Source: Heptranchias perlo
Lineage: Eukaryota
Assembly: GCF_035084215.1 (NCBI RefSeq)
Contig: NC_090363.1
Location: 4,278,001 to 4,342,000, forward strand
Length of the DNA stretch: 64,000 bases
Direction: 5' to 3'
Shown: piece by piece, positions 35,560-47,494 of the stretch
Position numbering within the stretch: the first letter of the stretch is position 1
How the letters are laid out: each line of letters begins with the position of its first letter
The notes under the pieces: generated by a model
Seen by the model: only the letters and a program-made list of their open reading frames with translations
What the model was told of the DNA's origin: nothing
Database searches by the model: none
Position numbers and translations under genes: made by a program

Positions 35560-38500
35560 GGAGAGAAACAATGAGAAACAGTGAGAGAGACAAACAGGGA
35601 GAGAGACAGAGAGAAACAGTGAGAGAGACAAACAGGGAGAGAGACAGAGAGAAACAGTGAGAGAGACAAACAGGGAGAGACAAACAGTGAGAAACAGTGA
35701 GAAAGAAACTGTGAGAAACAGTGAGAGAGACAAATAGGGAGAGAGACAGAGAGAAACGGTGAGAGAGACAAACAGGGAGAGACAAACAGTGAGAAACAGT
35801 GAGAGAGAAACTGTGAGAAACAGTGAGGGAGACAAACAGGGAGAGAGAAACAGTGAGAGAGACAAACAGGGAGAGAAACAGAGAGAAACAGTGAGAGAGA
35901 GAAACAGAGAGAAACAGTGAGGGAGACAAACAGGGAGAGAGAAACAGTGAGAAACAGTGAGAGAGAAAAACAGGGAGAGAGAAACAGTGAGTGAGAAAAA
36001 CAGGGAGAGAGAAACAGTGAGAAACAGTGAGTGAGAAAAACAGGGAGAGAGACAAACAGGGAGAGAGAAACAGGGGGTGATTTTAACCCCCAAGAACGGG
36101 TGGGTTGGGGGTGGGTGGAAGTTGAAAATAGTTGGTTTTTGGCTCGCGACCGCAGCCTGACTTTATTTCCGGGATTAACATCCGTGCGTAAAAGTCCAAA
36201 CTTCCCACTGGGAATGCAAAGTCCAAAAATTTTACAGTTGCGACCCAAAAAACACAACTATTTTCAACTCCCTCCCGCTCCCAACCCACCCGTTCTCAGG
36301 GGTTAAAATCAGCCCCACGGTGAGAGAGAAACAACGAGAGAGAGAAACAGAGAAAAACAATGAGTGACAGAGAGAAACAGTGAGAGGGAAACAGAGAGAA
36401 AGAAACAGTGAGAGGGAAACAGAGAGAAAGAAACAGTGAGAGGGAAAAAGAGAGAAAGAAGCAGTGAGAGGGAAAAAGAGAGAGGAACAGTGAGAGAGAG
36501 AAACAGTGAGAGGGAAACAGAGAGAGGGAAACAATGAGAGAGAAACAGTGAGAGAGAGAAACAGTGAGAGGGAAACAGTGAGAGAGAGAAACAGTGAGAG
36601 GGAAACAGTGAGAGAGAGAAACAGTGAGAGAGGGAAACAATGAGAGAGAAACAGTGAGAGAGAAACAGTGAGAGAGAGAAACAGTGAGAGAGGGAAACAA
36701 TGAGAGAGAAACAGTGAGAGAGAAACAGAGAGAGGGAAACAATGAGAGGGAAACAGTGAGAGAGAGAAACAGTGAGAGGGAAACAGTGAGAGAGAAACAG
36801 AGAGAGGGAAACAGTGAGAGGGAAACAATGAGAGGGAAACAGTGAGAGAGGGAAACAGTGAGAGGGAAACAATGAGAGAGAAACAGTGAGAGAGAGAAAC
36901 AGTGAGAGGGAAACAGTGAGAGAGAGAAACAGTGAGAGGGAAACAGTGAGAGAGAGAAACAGTGAGAGGGAAACAATGAGAGAGAAACAGTGAGAGAGAG
37001 AAACAGTGAGAGGGAAACAGTGAGAGAGAGAAACAGTGAGAGGGAAACAGTGAGAGAGAGAAACAGTGAGAGAGGGAAACAATGAGAGAGAAACAGTGAG
37101 AGAGAAACAGTGAGAGAGAGAAACAGTGAGAGAGGGAAACAATGAGAGAGAAACAGTGAGAGAGAAACAGAGAGAGGGAAACAATGAGAGGGAAACAGTG
37201 AGAGAGAGAAACAGTGAGAGGGAAACAGTGAGAGAGAAACAGAGAGAGGGAAACAGTGAGAGGGAAACAATGAGAGGGAAACAGTGAGAGAGAGAAACAG
37301 TGAGAGGGAAACAGTGAGAGAGAAAGAGAGAGAGGGAAACAGTGAGAGGGAAACAGTGAGAGAGAAACAGTGAGAGAGAAACAGAGAGAGGGAAACAGTG
37401 AGAGAGAAACAGTGAGAGGGAAACAGAGAGAGGGAAACAATGAGAGAGAGAAACAGTGAGAGGGATACAGTGAGAGAGAGAAACAGTGAGAGAGAGAGAA
37501 ACAGTGAGAGGGATACAGTGAGAGAGAGAAACAGTGAGAGAGAGAAACAGTGAGAGAGAGAAACAGTGAGAGGGAAACAGTGAGAGGGAAACAATGAGAG
37601 AGAGAAACAGTGAGAGGGAAACAGTGAGAGAGAGAAACAGTGAGAGGGAAACAGTGAGAGGGAAACAGTGAGAGAGAAACAGAGAGAGAGAGAAACAGTG
37701 AGAGAGAGAAACAGAGAGAGGGAAACAGAGAGAGGGAAACAATGAGAGAGAGAAACAGTGAGAGAGAGAAACAGTGAGAGGGATACAGTGAGAGAGAAAC
37801 AGTGAGAGGGAAACAGTGAGAGAGAGAAATAGTGAGAGAGAGAAACAATGAGAGAGAAACAGTGAGAGAGAAACAGTGAGAGGGAAACAGTGAGAGAGAA
37901 ACAGAGAGAGGGAAACAGTGAGAGGGAAACAATGAGAGGGAAACAGTGAGAGAGAGAAACAGTGAGAGGGAAACAGTGAGAGAGAAAGAGAGAGAGGGAA
38001 ACAGTGAGAGGGAAACAGTGAGAGAGAAACAGTGAGAGAGAAACAGAGAGAGGGAAACAGTGAGAGAGAAACAGTGAGAGGGAAACAGAGAGAGGGAAAC
38101 AATGAGAGAGAGAAACAGTGAGAGGGATACAGTGAGAGAGAGAAACAGTGAGAGAGAGAGAAACAGTGAGAGGGATACAGTGAGAGAGAGAAACAGTGAG
38201 AGAGAGAAACAGTGAGAGGGATACAGTGAGAGAGAGAAACAGTGAGAGAGAGAAACAGTGAGAGAGAGAAACAGTGAGAGGGAAACAGTGAGAGGGAAAC
38301 AGAGAGAAAGAAACAGTGAGAGGGAAACAGTGAGAGAGAGAAACAGTGAGAGAGAGAAACAGTGAGAGGGAAACAGTGAGAGGGAAACAGTGAGAGAGAA
38401 ACAGAGAGAGAGAGAAACAGTGAGAGAGAGAAACAGAGAGAGGGAAACAGAGAGAGGGAAACAATGAGAGAGAGAAACAGTGAGAGAGAGAAACAGTGAG

Positions 38501-41500
38501 AGGGATACAGTGAGAGAGAAACAGTGAGAGGGAAACAGTGAGAGAGAGAAATAGTGAGAGAGAGAAACAATGAGAGAGAAACAGTGAGAGAGAGAAACAG
38601 TGAGAGAGAGAAACAATGAGAGAGAAACAGTGACAGGGAAACAGTGAGAGAGAAACAGAGAGAGGGAAACAGTGAGAGGGAAACAGTGAGAGAGAAACAG
38701 AGAGAGGGAAACAGTGAGAGAGAAACAGTGAGAGGGAAACAGAGAGAGGGAAACAATGAGAGAGAGAAACAGTGAGAGAGAGAAACAGTGAGAGGGATAC
38801 AGTGAGAGAGAGAAACAGAGAGAGAGAGAAACAGTGAGAGAGAGAAACAGTGAGAGGGATACAGTGAGAGAGAGAAACAGTGAGAGGGATACAGTGAGAG
38901 AGAGAAATAGTGAGAGGGATACAGTGAGAGAGAGAAACAGTGAGAGAGAGAAACAGTGAGAGAGAGAAACAGTGAGAGGGATACAGTGAGAGAGAGAAAC
39001 AGTGAGAGAGAGAAACAGTGAGAGAGAGAAACAGTGAGAGAGAGAAACAGTGAGAGAGAGAAACAGTGAGAGAGAGAAACAGTGAGAGAGAGAAACAGTG
39101 AGAGGGATACAGTGAGAGAGAGAAACAGTGAGAGAGAGAAACAGTGAGAGAGAAACAGTGAGAGAGAGAAACAGTGAGAGAGAGAAACAGTGAGAGAGAA
39201 ACAGTGAGAGAGAGAAACAGTGAGAGAGAGAAACAGTGAGAGGGAAACAGTGAGAGAGAGAAACAGTGAGAGGGATACAGTGAGAGAGAGAAACAGTGAG
39301 AGAGAAACAGTGAGAGAGAGAAACAGTGAGAGAGAGAAACAGTGAGAGGGAAACAGTGAGAGAGAGAAACAGTGAGAGGGAAACAGTGAGAGAGAGAAAC
39401 AGTGAGAGAGAGAAACAGTGAGAGGGAAACAGTGAGAGAGAGAAACAGTGAGAGGGAAACAGTGAGAAGGAAAAAGAGAGAGGGAAACAGTGAGAAGGAA
39501 AAAGAGAGAGGGAAACAGTGAGAGAGAGAAAAAGAGAGAGAGGAACAGTGAGAGAGAGAAACAGTGAGAAGAAAAAAGAGAGAGGGAAACAGTGAGAGAG
39601 AGAAAAAGAGAGAGGAACAATGAGAGAGAAACAGTGAGAGAGAGAAACAGAGAGAGAGAAACAGTGAGAAGGAAACAGTGAGAGGGAAACAGTGAGAGAG
39701 AAAAACAGTGAGAGAGAGAAACAGTGAGAGTGAAAAAGAGAGAGGGAAACAGTGAGAGAGAGAAACAGTGAGAGAGAAACAGTGAGAGAGAGAAACAGTG
39801 AGAAGGAAAAAGAGAGAGAGGAACAGTGAGAGAGGGAAACAGAGAGAGAGAAACAGTGAGAGAGAAACAATGAGAGAGTGACAGTGAGAGAGAAACAGTG
39901 AGAGGGAAACAATGAGAGAGAGAAAAAGAGAGAGAGAAACAGTGAGAGAGAAACAGTGAGAGAGAAACAGTGAGAGGGAAACAATGAGAGAGTGACAGTG
40001 AGAGAGAAACAGTGAGAGGGAAACAATGAGAGAGAGAAAAAGAGAGAGAGAAACAGTGAGAGAGAAACAGAGAGAGAGAAACAGTGAGAAGGAAACAGTG
40101 AGAGGGATACAGTGAGAGAGAAAAACAGTGAGAGAGAGAAACAGTGAGAAGGAAAAAGAGAGAGGGAAACAGTGAGAGAGAGAAACAGTGAGAGAGAAAC
40201 AGTGAGAGAGAGAAACAGTGAGAAGGAAAAAGAGAGAGAGGAACAGTGAGAGAGGGAAACAGAGAGAGAGAAACAGTGAGAGAGAAACAGTGAGAGAGAA
40301 ACAGTGAGAGGGAAACAATGAGAGAGAGAAAAAGAGAGAGAGGAACAGTGAGAGGGATACAATGAGAGAGAGAAAAAGAGAGGAACTGTGAGAGTAACAG
40401 TGAGAGGGAAACAGTGAGAGGGATACAATGAGAGAGAGAAACAGTGAGAGAGGAACAGTGAGAGTAACAGTGAGAGGGATACAATGAGAGAGAGAAACAG
40501 TGAGAGAGAGAAACAGTGAGAGGGAAACAGTGAGAGAGAAAAACAGTGAGAGAGAGAAACAGTGAGAGTGAAAAAGAGAGAGGGAAACAGTGAGAGAGAG
40601 AAACAGTGAGAGAGAAACAGTGAGAGAGAGAAACAGTGAGAAGGAAAAAGAGAGAGAGGAACAGTGAGAGAGGGAAACAGAGAGAGAGAAACAGTGAGAG
40701 AGAAACAATGAGAGAGTGACAGTGAGAGAGAAACAGTGAGAGGGAAACAATGAGAGAGAGAAAAAGAGAGAGAGAAACAGTGAGAGAGAAACAGTGAGAG
40801 AGAAACAGTGAGAGGGAAACAATGAGAGAGTGACAGTGAGAGAGAAACAGTGAGAGGGAAACAATGAGAGAGAGAAAAAGAGAGAGAGAAACAGTGAGAG
40901 AGAAACAGAGAGAGAGAAACAGTGAGAAGGAAACAGTGAGAGGGATACAGTGAGAGAGAAAAACAGTGAGAGAGAGAAACAGTGAGAAGGAAAAAGAGAG
41001 AGGGAAACAGTGAGAGAGAGAAACAGTGAGAGAGAAACAGTGAGAGAGAGAAACAGTGAGAAGGAAAAAGAGAGAGAGGAACAGTGAGAGAGGGAAACAG
41101 AGAGAGAGAAACAGTGAGAGAGAAACAGTGAGAGAGAAACAGTGAGAGGGAAACAATGAGAGAGAGAAAAAGAGAGAGAGGAACAGTGAGAGGGATACAA
41201 TGAGAGAGAGAAAAAGAGAGGAACTGTGAGAGTAACAGTGAGAGGGAAACAGTGAGAGGGATACAATGAGAGAGAGAAAAAGAGAGGAACTGTGAGAGTA
41301 ACAGTGAGAGGGAAACAGTGAGAGGGATACAATGAGAGAGAGAAACAGTGAGAGAGGAACAGTGAGAGTAACAGTGAGAGAGAAACAGTGAGAGGGATAC
41401 AATGAGAGAGCGAAACAGTGAGAGAGAAACAATGAGAGAGAAACAATGAGAGAGAGAAACAGAGAGAGAGTAACAGAGAGAGAAACAGTGAGAGAGAGAA
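35560..41500. repeat. About 6-kb (GAAACAGTGAGAGAGA)n purine-rich satellite between paralogs 2 and 3
   Basis: 12-16 nt units; source of the spurious 1700-1800 aa S/L/F ORFs. Confidence 0.97.
36073..36316. mobile_element. MITE-like element inside the GA-rich satellite
   Basis: Imperfect inverted termini of about 80 bp; homologous to 17673-17906 in opposite orientation. Confidence 0.8.
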
Positions 41501-41862
41501 GAAATAATGAGATTAAGGAGAGCAAAACCAAACAGGAAATAAAGAACTAAAATAAGAAAGAATATTTTTTTTAAATCAGAGCGTGAGAACAAAACAAAAA
41601 GACAATTGAGAGAGAGGGAAGGGCAGAGAGAGAAACAACAGACAATGGGCCATCGAACGGAGAACACTCCTTCACTCTCGTATCAGTCCATCGCGTGGAG
41701 AGTGAACAGGCTGTCGGGTGAACCTGGATTATTTTTCTGACTAAATTAAGCGATTTACAAAGTATAATCATGGGCTGATATCGCTGCTGTCGATCATTGT
41801 AAGAGAGTGCATTCACCATTATTTACAAGCGCTGACTCTCTCCCCAGCCATGAAACTTTCCA

Positions 41863-42048
41863 GGGGCAATTTTAACCTAACATTCTGGGCAGGAATCCCA
41901 TGGGAGGGGGTGGAACACCGGTTTTAGACCCCGCCCGATATCGGTCTCCGTTGACGTCGACGGGGAGTAAAATCGGAGGTATGTAAAACCAATATTGCAA
42001 TCGATCCCGTCAGATTCCCGACGGGCGGGTTAGGTTAAAATAGCCCCC
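41863..42048. mobile_element. MITE-like element, related subfamily, about 450 nt upstream of the paralog 3 ATG
   Basis: GGGGCAATTTTAACCTAAC ... GTTAGGTTAAAATAGCCCC. Confidence 0.65.
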
Positions 42049-42374
42049 CCCTGAAAATCGTTAAGAATGACTTATAACTAAACGCCTGGAATGACTGTTA
42101 ATTTCACAATCGAACGTTTAGTGAATTCTCGGGATGTTCGGTGCAAACTAACCATTGAACCTGAACCTGCAGTTAGAGCAGGTGGATAAATGAAGTCTAA
42201 ATACTGTTATCCATTTGACATCACCAGCTCTGGACAGAGGAAAAGGGGAACTAAGAGCTGCATGGAGTTTGGGGGGAGCCCAGATCTCAGAGGCGTTGTT
42301 TCCATTCTGGGTAGACCTGAAACTTACCACAGTGTGATACACCTCCCTTTTCCAATTACATCACACCGACACAT

Positions 42375-42404
42375 AGGTTATTCCAGGGCGACAGGATATA
42401 TAAA
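42375..42404 (+). promoter_or_regulatory. Paralog 3 TATA box with degenerate kB-like site
   Basis: TATATAAA at 42397-42404, 100 nt before the ATG; AGGTTATTCC at 42375-42384. Confidence 0.6.
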
Positions 42405-42503
42405 GTCCTGTCTCTGGCAGAAACGCAGAGAGAGCTGAGAGCGAGACGATCGGTAACCAAGACACGACTGGTACTAGCGGAGCTCCGACTGACACCTGAG
42501 ACC

Positions 42504-44338
42504 ATGAGTGATGAGCAGAAGTTGCTGGACCTTGAGAATGGAGGAGTGCTGGTGGTCAGGAAGACAGAGGAGAAGAGCAACTGTTTCTGGCAGGCTCTCT
42601 GTGCAACGGCTGTTCTGGGCTTGCTGATTGTGTCTTCGTATCTGATACTCTGTCAACTTGGAGTTCTACCTTCCAACCAGGTGTGTGGCTCGCTTTAGAG
42701 CTTGATATTATTCAGCGTTCACCGAGCGAGTTAGTTCATAGCAGTCCGTTCTCTGAGAAATTCTTTATCTGGTTTCAATCTAGATCTGAGAATCAGTCAG
42801 AGTCTGAATGCACAGTTTCTCTGTGTGATGCAGATAAACTGCCTGTAGATCTGGGTTGAACCTTTGTACAGATGGTCATGTGTTTCATGGAGATTTGGGG
42901 TGAATTTCACATGTTAATCTCGTTCCTTGATTTATTTCTACAGAAAGTAACACTGAACTCTGGGAATGCCCAAATACAGGATCGGAGAACTCGGTCAGTT
43001 GTGACGACCAGCCCTGGTAACAGTGGTGAGTGCTCTCTGTATCAATCTCCATCAATCTCCATCAATCTCTCTCTTTATCAATCTCTCTCCATCAATCTCT
43101 CTCTCTCCATCAATCTCTCTCTTTATCGCCCTCTCACTATCAATCTCTCTCTCTATCAATCTCTCTCTTTATCAATTTCTCTCTTTCTCTCTCTCTCTAT
43201 CTCTCTCTCTCCATTTCTCTCTCTCTTTCTTGCTCTCCATCTCTCTCTCTCCACCTCTCTCTCTCTCTCTCTATCTCCATTTCTCTCTATCTCTCTCTCT
43301 CTCTCATTGTCAGTCAGTTTTCAGTAAAGGTACATTATAATAGTGACTGAGAGTCTGGCTTTTCTGTTCCAGGTCTGCCTTACCTCACGAAGCAGGTGGG
43401 AAACGATCCAATCAGGAAAATTGCAGCTCACCTGACAGGTATGAGACTATTCTCCACGTTAACACTAGCGCACCCCCTGCGGAAGTGTTCACTGTTGGGT
43501 GGGGTAAGATGCAGTAGAAGTTTTGGGCGATGTGGTTAAAAAAGGGAAGTGATTGGACATCGATGATGTCATCTTTCCTTGGTTCCTAAGAGGTTTGAGC
43601 CAATTGGGCCAACAGGACATTGGGAACGTGTATTTTGATTGGCTCCAATTTTCTAGGAACAATCAAATGGAGCCCTCTCCCCCCTCCCCCCCAATCTTTT
43701 AGTTTTGTTGACCAACTTAGGTATAAGTGGTCAGGAATCCGGTAGAACCAGGCGGGAGGAGCAAATGGGTCCATGCTAAAAAGTTAACGAACTTTTTAAC
43801 AGAAAATGAAACGAGAGACAAGAAGGAGGGCGTATTATGTGGAGGGATGTCATGACAGGAAGAATATTGCGCCGTTCCTCAGTCCTAGTCCATCCTTATG
43901 TTGTTCCCTCTCTTTCTCCTCTCAGCTTCACAAAGCATTGAAGGAAAGAATGTGATTTGGCAGAACGAGGCGGACTCCACCTTATCTGAGGGCGTGGAGT
44001 TCAAAGACAACAGACTCGTCATTAAGACCCCCGGTCTGTACTTTGTCTACACCCAGGTGGTCTTCTCCGGAATGGGCTGCCAGGGCCAGTCCATCTTTCT
44101 CAGCCACGAACTCTCCAAGTTATCGGCGAGCTACCCGGAGGAATCCTTGCTACTGAAAGCCACCAAGTCCACCTGTCACTACGGCAAACACGGAGAGCCC
44201 TGGTACAAGACCTCCTACCAGGGGGCCATATTTGAGTTCGAGGAGGGAGATCAGATCTTCTCCAGGGTCAGCGAGGAGGAGGTGGGATATGTCGACACTG
44301 CCGAGGGAAAGAGCTTCTTTGGAATATTCGCTTTGTGA
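42504..44338 (+). CDS. TNF/lymphotoxin-like ligand, paralog 3 (4 coding exons, 245 aa)
   Basis: Exons 42504-42680, 42944-43025, 43373-43438, 43926-44338, GT-AG, phases 0/1/1, 738 nt in frame. TM ALCATAVLGLLIVSSYLIL; KIAAHLT; THD GLYFVYTQVVFSG...WYKTSYQGAIF...FFGIFAL. Confidence 0.95.
43030..43305. repeat. (ATCAATCTCTCT)n / CT repeat in intron 2 of paralog 3
   Basis: Low-complexity tract between exons 2 and 3. Confidence 0.9.
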
Positions 44339-44824
44339 GGAGCCCAAGTTACTTCTAGCGAATGGTGAGCGACGATGACTGATCGAGATTTTCAAATTGA
44401 AAGACAGCAGAAACTGTTCGGGACACATGGTCCTATCTGGCACTAATTGGACAAAGAGACTCATCTCTCCACCATTTTATTTAAAGACTTGTAGAGACGG
44501 AAAATATCAAATGTATTCGGATCGGAAGGATTGGGCAGTGGGGTGGGTTATCACACTGCACTTTCACCTCTGTCACTCCAGATTCACACCCAGCACAGGG
44601 CGGATCTGAATGACCTACTCCTGTCCCTATAATGTTCCTGTTCTCTGAGACACCTTTAACACTGGGTGTGTGGGTATGTGTCTCAGGCTGCACTGCTGTG
44701 CGGGATTCTTTATGTTAAAGTAGATGAAGTGTGTTGTAAATGTGTAACGGGGCAGTTGTAGGATAACAGTGCTCTGAATACGCTGATTTTCTCATTTAAG
44801 GAAACCCCATCATCAACTGGTCCC

Positions 44825-44943
44825 TTTATTTAATTTATATTTAATTTATATTTAATGTTATTTAAACTGGTACTCCTCATGGAGAGAGTAATTAGAAAAT
44901 CCCAACAGCTAACAAGTGAGCTATCAGGTCTGATGTTCAGACT
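44825..44943 (+). promoter_or_regulatory. Paralog 3 3'UTR AU-rich element cluster plus triloop hairpin
   Basis: Clustered ATTTA pentamers at 44825-44866, then GGTCTGA-TGT-TCAGACT at 44927-44943. Homologous blocks occur in the other paralogs. Confidence 0.7.
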
Positions 44944-45765
44944 GGTTTGCCTGTGTGACCATTCTCTGGTCCTTGAAGAGTATGGGCTTTGCCTTGTCAT
45001 CTCTTTGTGTTGATAATATTTTCCTAATGCCCCCATGGACCTTCCTTGGCGATGCTCATGGAAAGTCTCTGAGGTTTCTGATTGGTGAGAAAGGCCGGCC
45101 GGTCCCCAATGGACAACTTGCTTTCCACCTCTACAATGCGATTGGTCGTCTTTTCGCGGAACGCTACTTCTCTAGAATGTGAATGGTCGACATTTTAACC
45201 AATTGAAAAGGAGAATATTTTCCAAACACTACGAAAATCAAAAAAAAAAATTTTACAGCGAATCATTTGAAGGAACTGCTATTGGTTTATTTATGCTTTG
45301 TCAGGTCTTTATTCAAGTGGAATATGTGCTGCTCTTATCTGAGGCTCAGGGTTACGGGAGTTTCCTGAGTGGTTGCTATGGAGAAATCACATTCCCCGAC
45401 TGCATGCCATTCTCCACCGGCCTTTCTTAACTCTGAGTAATGGGCAGAGAGCCCAGCGAGAAACTCTGTTTGCTTATACGTAGCAAAGGATTATCTACGT
45501 AGAATATTCAAGGTTGAATATTAATATTGGAATATTGGCAAAATATGTTTTATGTAAAAATATGACCTCTGTTTTAAAGATGTCTTTAAATGGCGTAAAT
45601 ACCGTCAAGTTTAGGATGTTTCAGACTGATTTAAGTTATTATTTGAATATATTTATGAATTGATGTATTTATATTATTTATTGATGGAGTGTATGGAGTG
45701 AACCCAGGGCAAACAGTCGGCCCCAGAAGGGAGGTTTCACCAGGAATTTACTCATTATTAATATT

Positions 45766-45771
45766 AATAAA
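45766..45771 (+). terminator. Candidate poly(A) signal of paralog 3
   Basis: AATAAA after a second AU-rich block (45636-45681), followed by T/GT-rich sequence; conserved in paralog 5. Confidence 0.55.
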
Positions 45772-45902
45772 ATATTTTAACAGCCTGAAATGTTTCTTTC
45801 TGATTATTGCACCTTGGTTTGCATTAACTGGTTTTCATGGGAAATGATTCCAGATCTGGGATGGAATTTGCCGAGTTTACAGACTGAAATTCAGATAGAG
45901 GT

Positions 45903-46190
45903 TCAGTAGATCGGGAATGGGAGAGAGGGAATCAGTAGATTGGGAATCGGAGAGACGGGTTCAGTAGATTGGGAGTCGGAGAGAGGGGATCAGTAGATTG
46001 GGACTGGGAGAGAGGGGATCGGTAGATTGGGAATCGGAGAGAGGGGATCAGTAGATTGGGAGTTGGAGAGAGGGGATGAGGAGGTTGGGAATCTGAGAGA
46101 GGGGATCAGTAGATTGGGAGTCGGAGAGAAGGGATCAGTAGATTGGGAGTTGGAGAGAGGGGATGAGGAGGTTGGGATTCGGAGAGAGGG
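45903..46190. repeat. 29-bp minisatellite (about 10 units) just downstream of paralog 3
   Basis: Unit TCAGTAGATTGGGAATCGGAGAGAGGGGA. Confidence 0.9.
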
Positions 46191-46904
46191 GAGCACCAGT
46201 TTGCAAGCCTGATGGAGCGTATCAACAAATCAGAAGCTGGAGGGATTGGACAATTTGTGGCCTATGGTGTTAACATAAGAACGTTTTAAATCAAGAGAAA
46301 GTCAGTTTGCCCAATCAAAGGCAATGCTGATGATGAACAGGCATGGATACCCTGGGGTCATTACCCCGAGATGTCCTCCTGCTGGACAGATTGACCTGAG
46401 GAGACTGAGCGAGGTTTGTCCCTTCCGGTTGGTTCTTTGCACCTTATTCCTTATTCTTCGGTGCAGCCCCTCTAGATTTCCCCAGGAAGGGCTTTCCGTG
46501 TCCATCACTCAAGGGAACATACCTCTCGGCCCAGTGTATCCTCGCTGATGCTCCCGGCGATGACAGGCAATGACACTTGGTCACTTGCATCTCCTGCTCG
46601 CAGCCAAACCTCGCCTGTGTAATACTTGCACCACTGCAACTCTCCTGCATGTGTCAGGGATTTGGTCCATCTCGTAAATCGACCGGACGATAATCGGTGG
46701 AGTGAACCATAAATGCCTCATTTGCTGCTGCGAGTGTGTCACCAATAGCCAGGTCAGAAACATGACCTCTCAACCTCCTCATAATTGTCACAACTGCCAA
46801 AAAGGCTCTGATCACTGATTAGGCCGAGCAAGACCGGTCGTACAGAACCTCCAGGAACTCGGAGCCTGTCCTTCGAAAACCCGGGGGAGAGAAAGAAAGA
46901 CAGA

Positions 46905-47362
46905 AGTTTTGCATTTATATAGCGCCTTTCACAACCTCAGGACGTCCAAGATCACCTCACTGCCAATGAAGAACTTTTCGAAGTGTAGTCAATGTTGTAA
47001 TGTATGAAACGCGGCAGCCAATTTGCGCACAGCAAGATCCCACAAACAGCAACGTGATAATGACCAGATCATCTGTTTTTTTTAGTGATGTTGGTTGAAG
47101 GATAAATATTGGCCCAGGACAAACTCTCGAGCTCTTCTTCGAAATAGTTGCCCTGGGACCTTTTACGTCCACTCGAGAGGGCAGACTATTGGTTTAACAT
47201 CTCATCCGAAAGATAGCACCTCCGACAGTGCAGCGCTCTCTCAGTACTGGCAGTGGGTAGTGTCAGCCTGGATAATGTGCTCAAGTCTCTGGAGTGGGGC
47301 TCTGAACCCACGACCTTCTGAGTCAGAGGCCAGAGAGTGCTACCCCCTGAGCCACAGCTGGC
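46905..47362 (-). mobile_element. SacSINE1-like SINE, full length
   Basis: Same family motifs including the tRNA-like head. Confidence 0.85.
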
Positions 47363-47494
47363 ACTTTAAACACAACCAACCCCCTCCTCTGCCCCCACCG
47401 GAAGGCCAAGGAACGCTCGGCTTGCGACCCTCACAGATGACCTCAGCTCCCAGAATATTAGGGAGCTCCTTTGCCACGAGGAGAGCCAAGGATT

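Noticed and set aside
36232-41667. Three overlapping ORFs of 1700-1800 aa on the minus strand
   Set aside because: Stop-free translations of the GAAACAGTGAGAGA satellite, open in all three frames; not genes.
45543-45563. ATATGTTTTATGTAAAAATAT, resembling the mammalian TNF CDE sequence
   Set aside because: The pair closing the UGU loop would be A-A, so the canonical triloop cannot form; AT-rich similarity may be chance.
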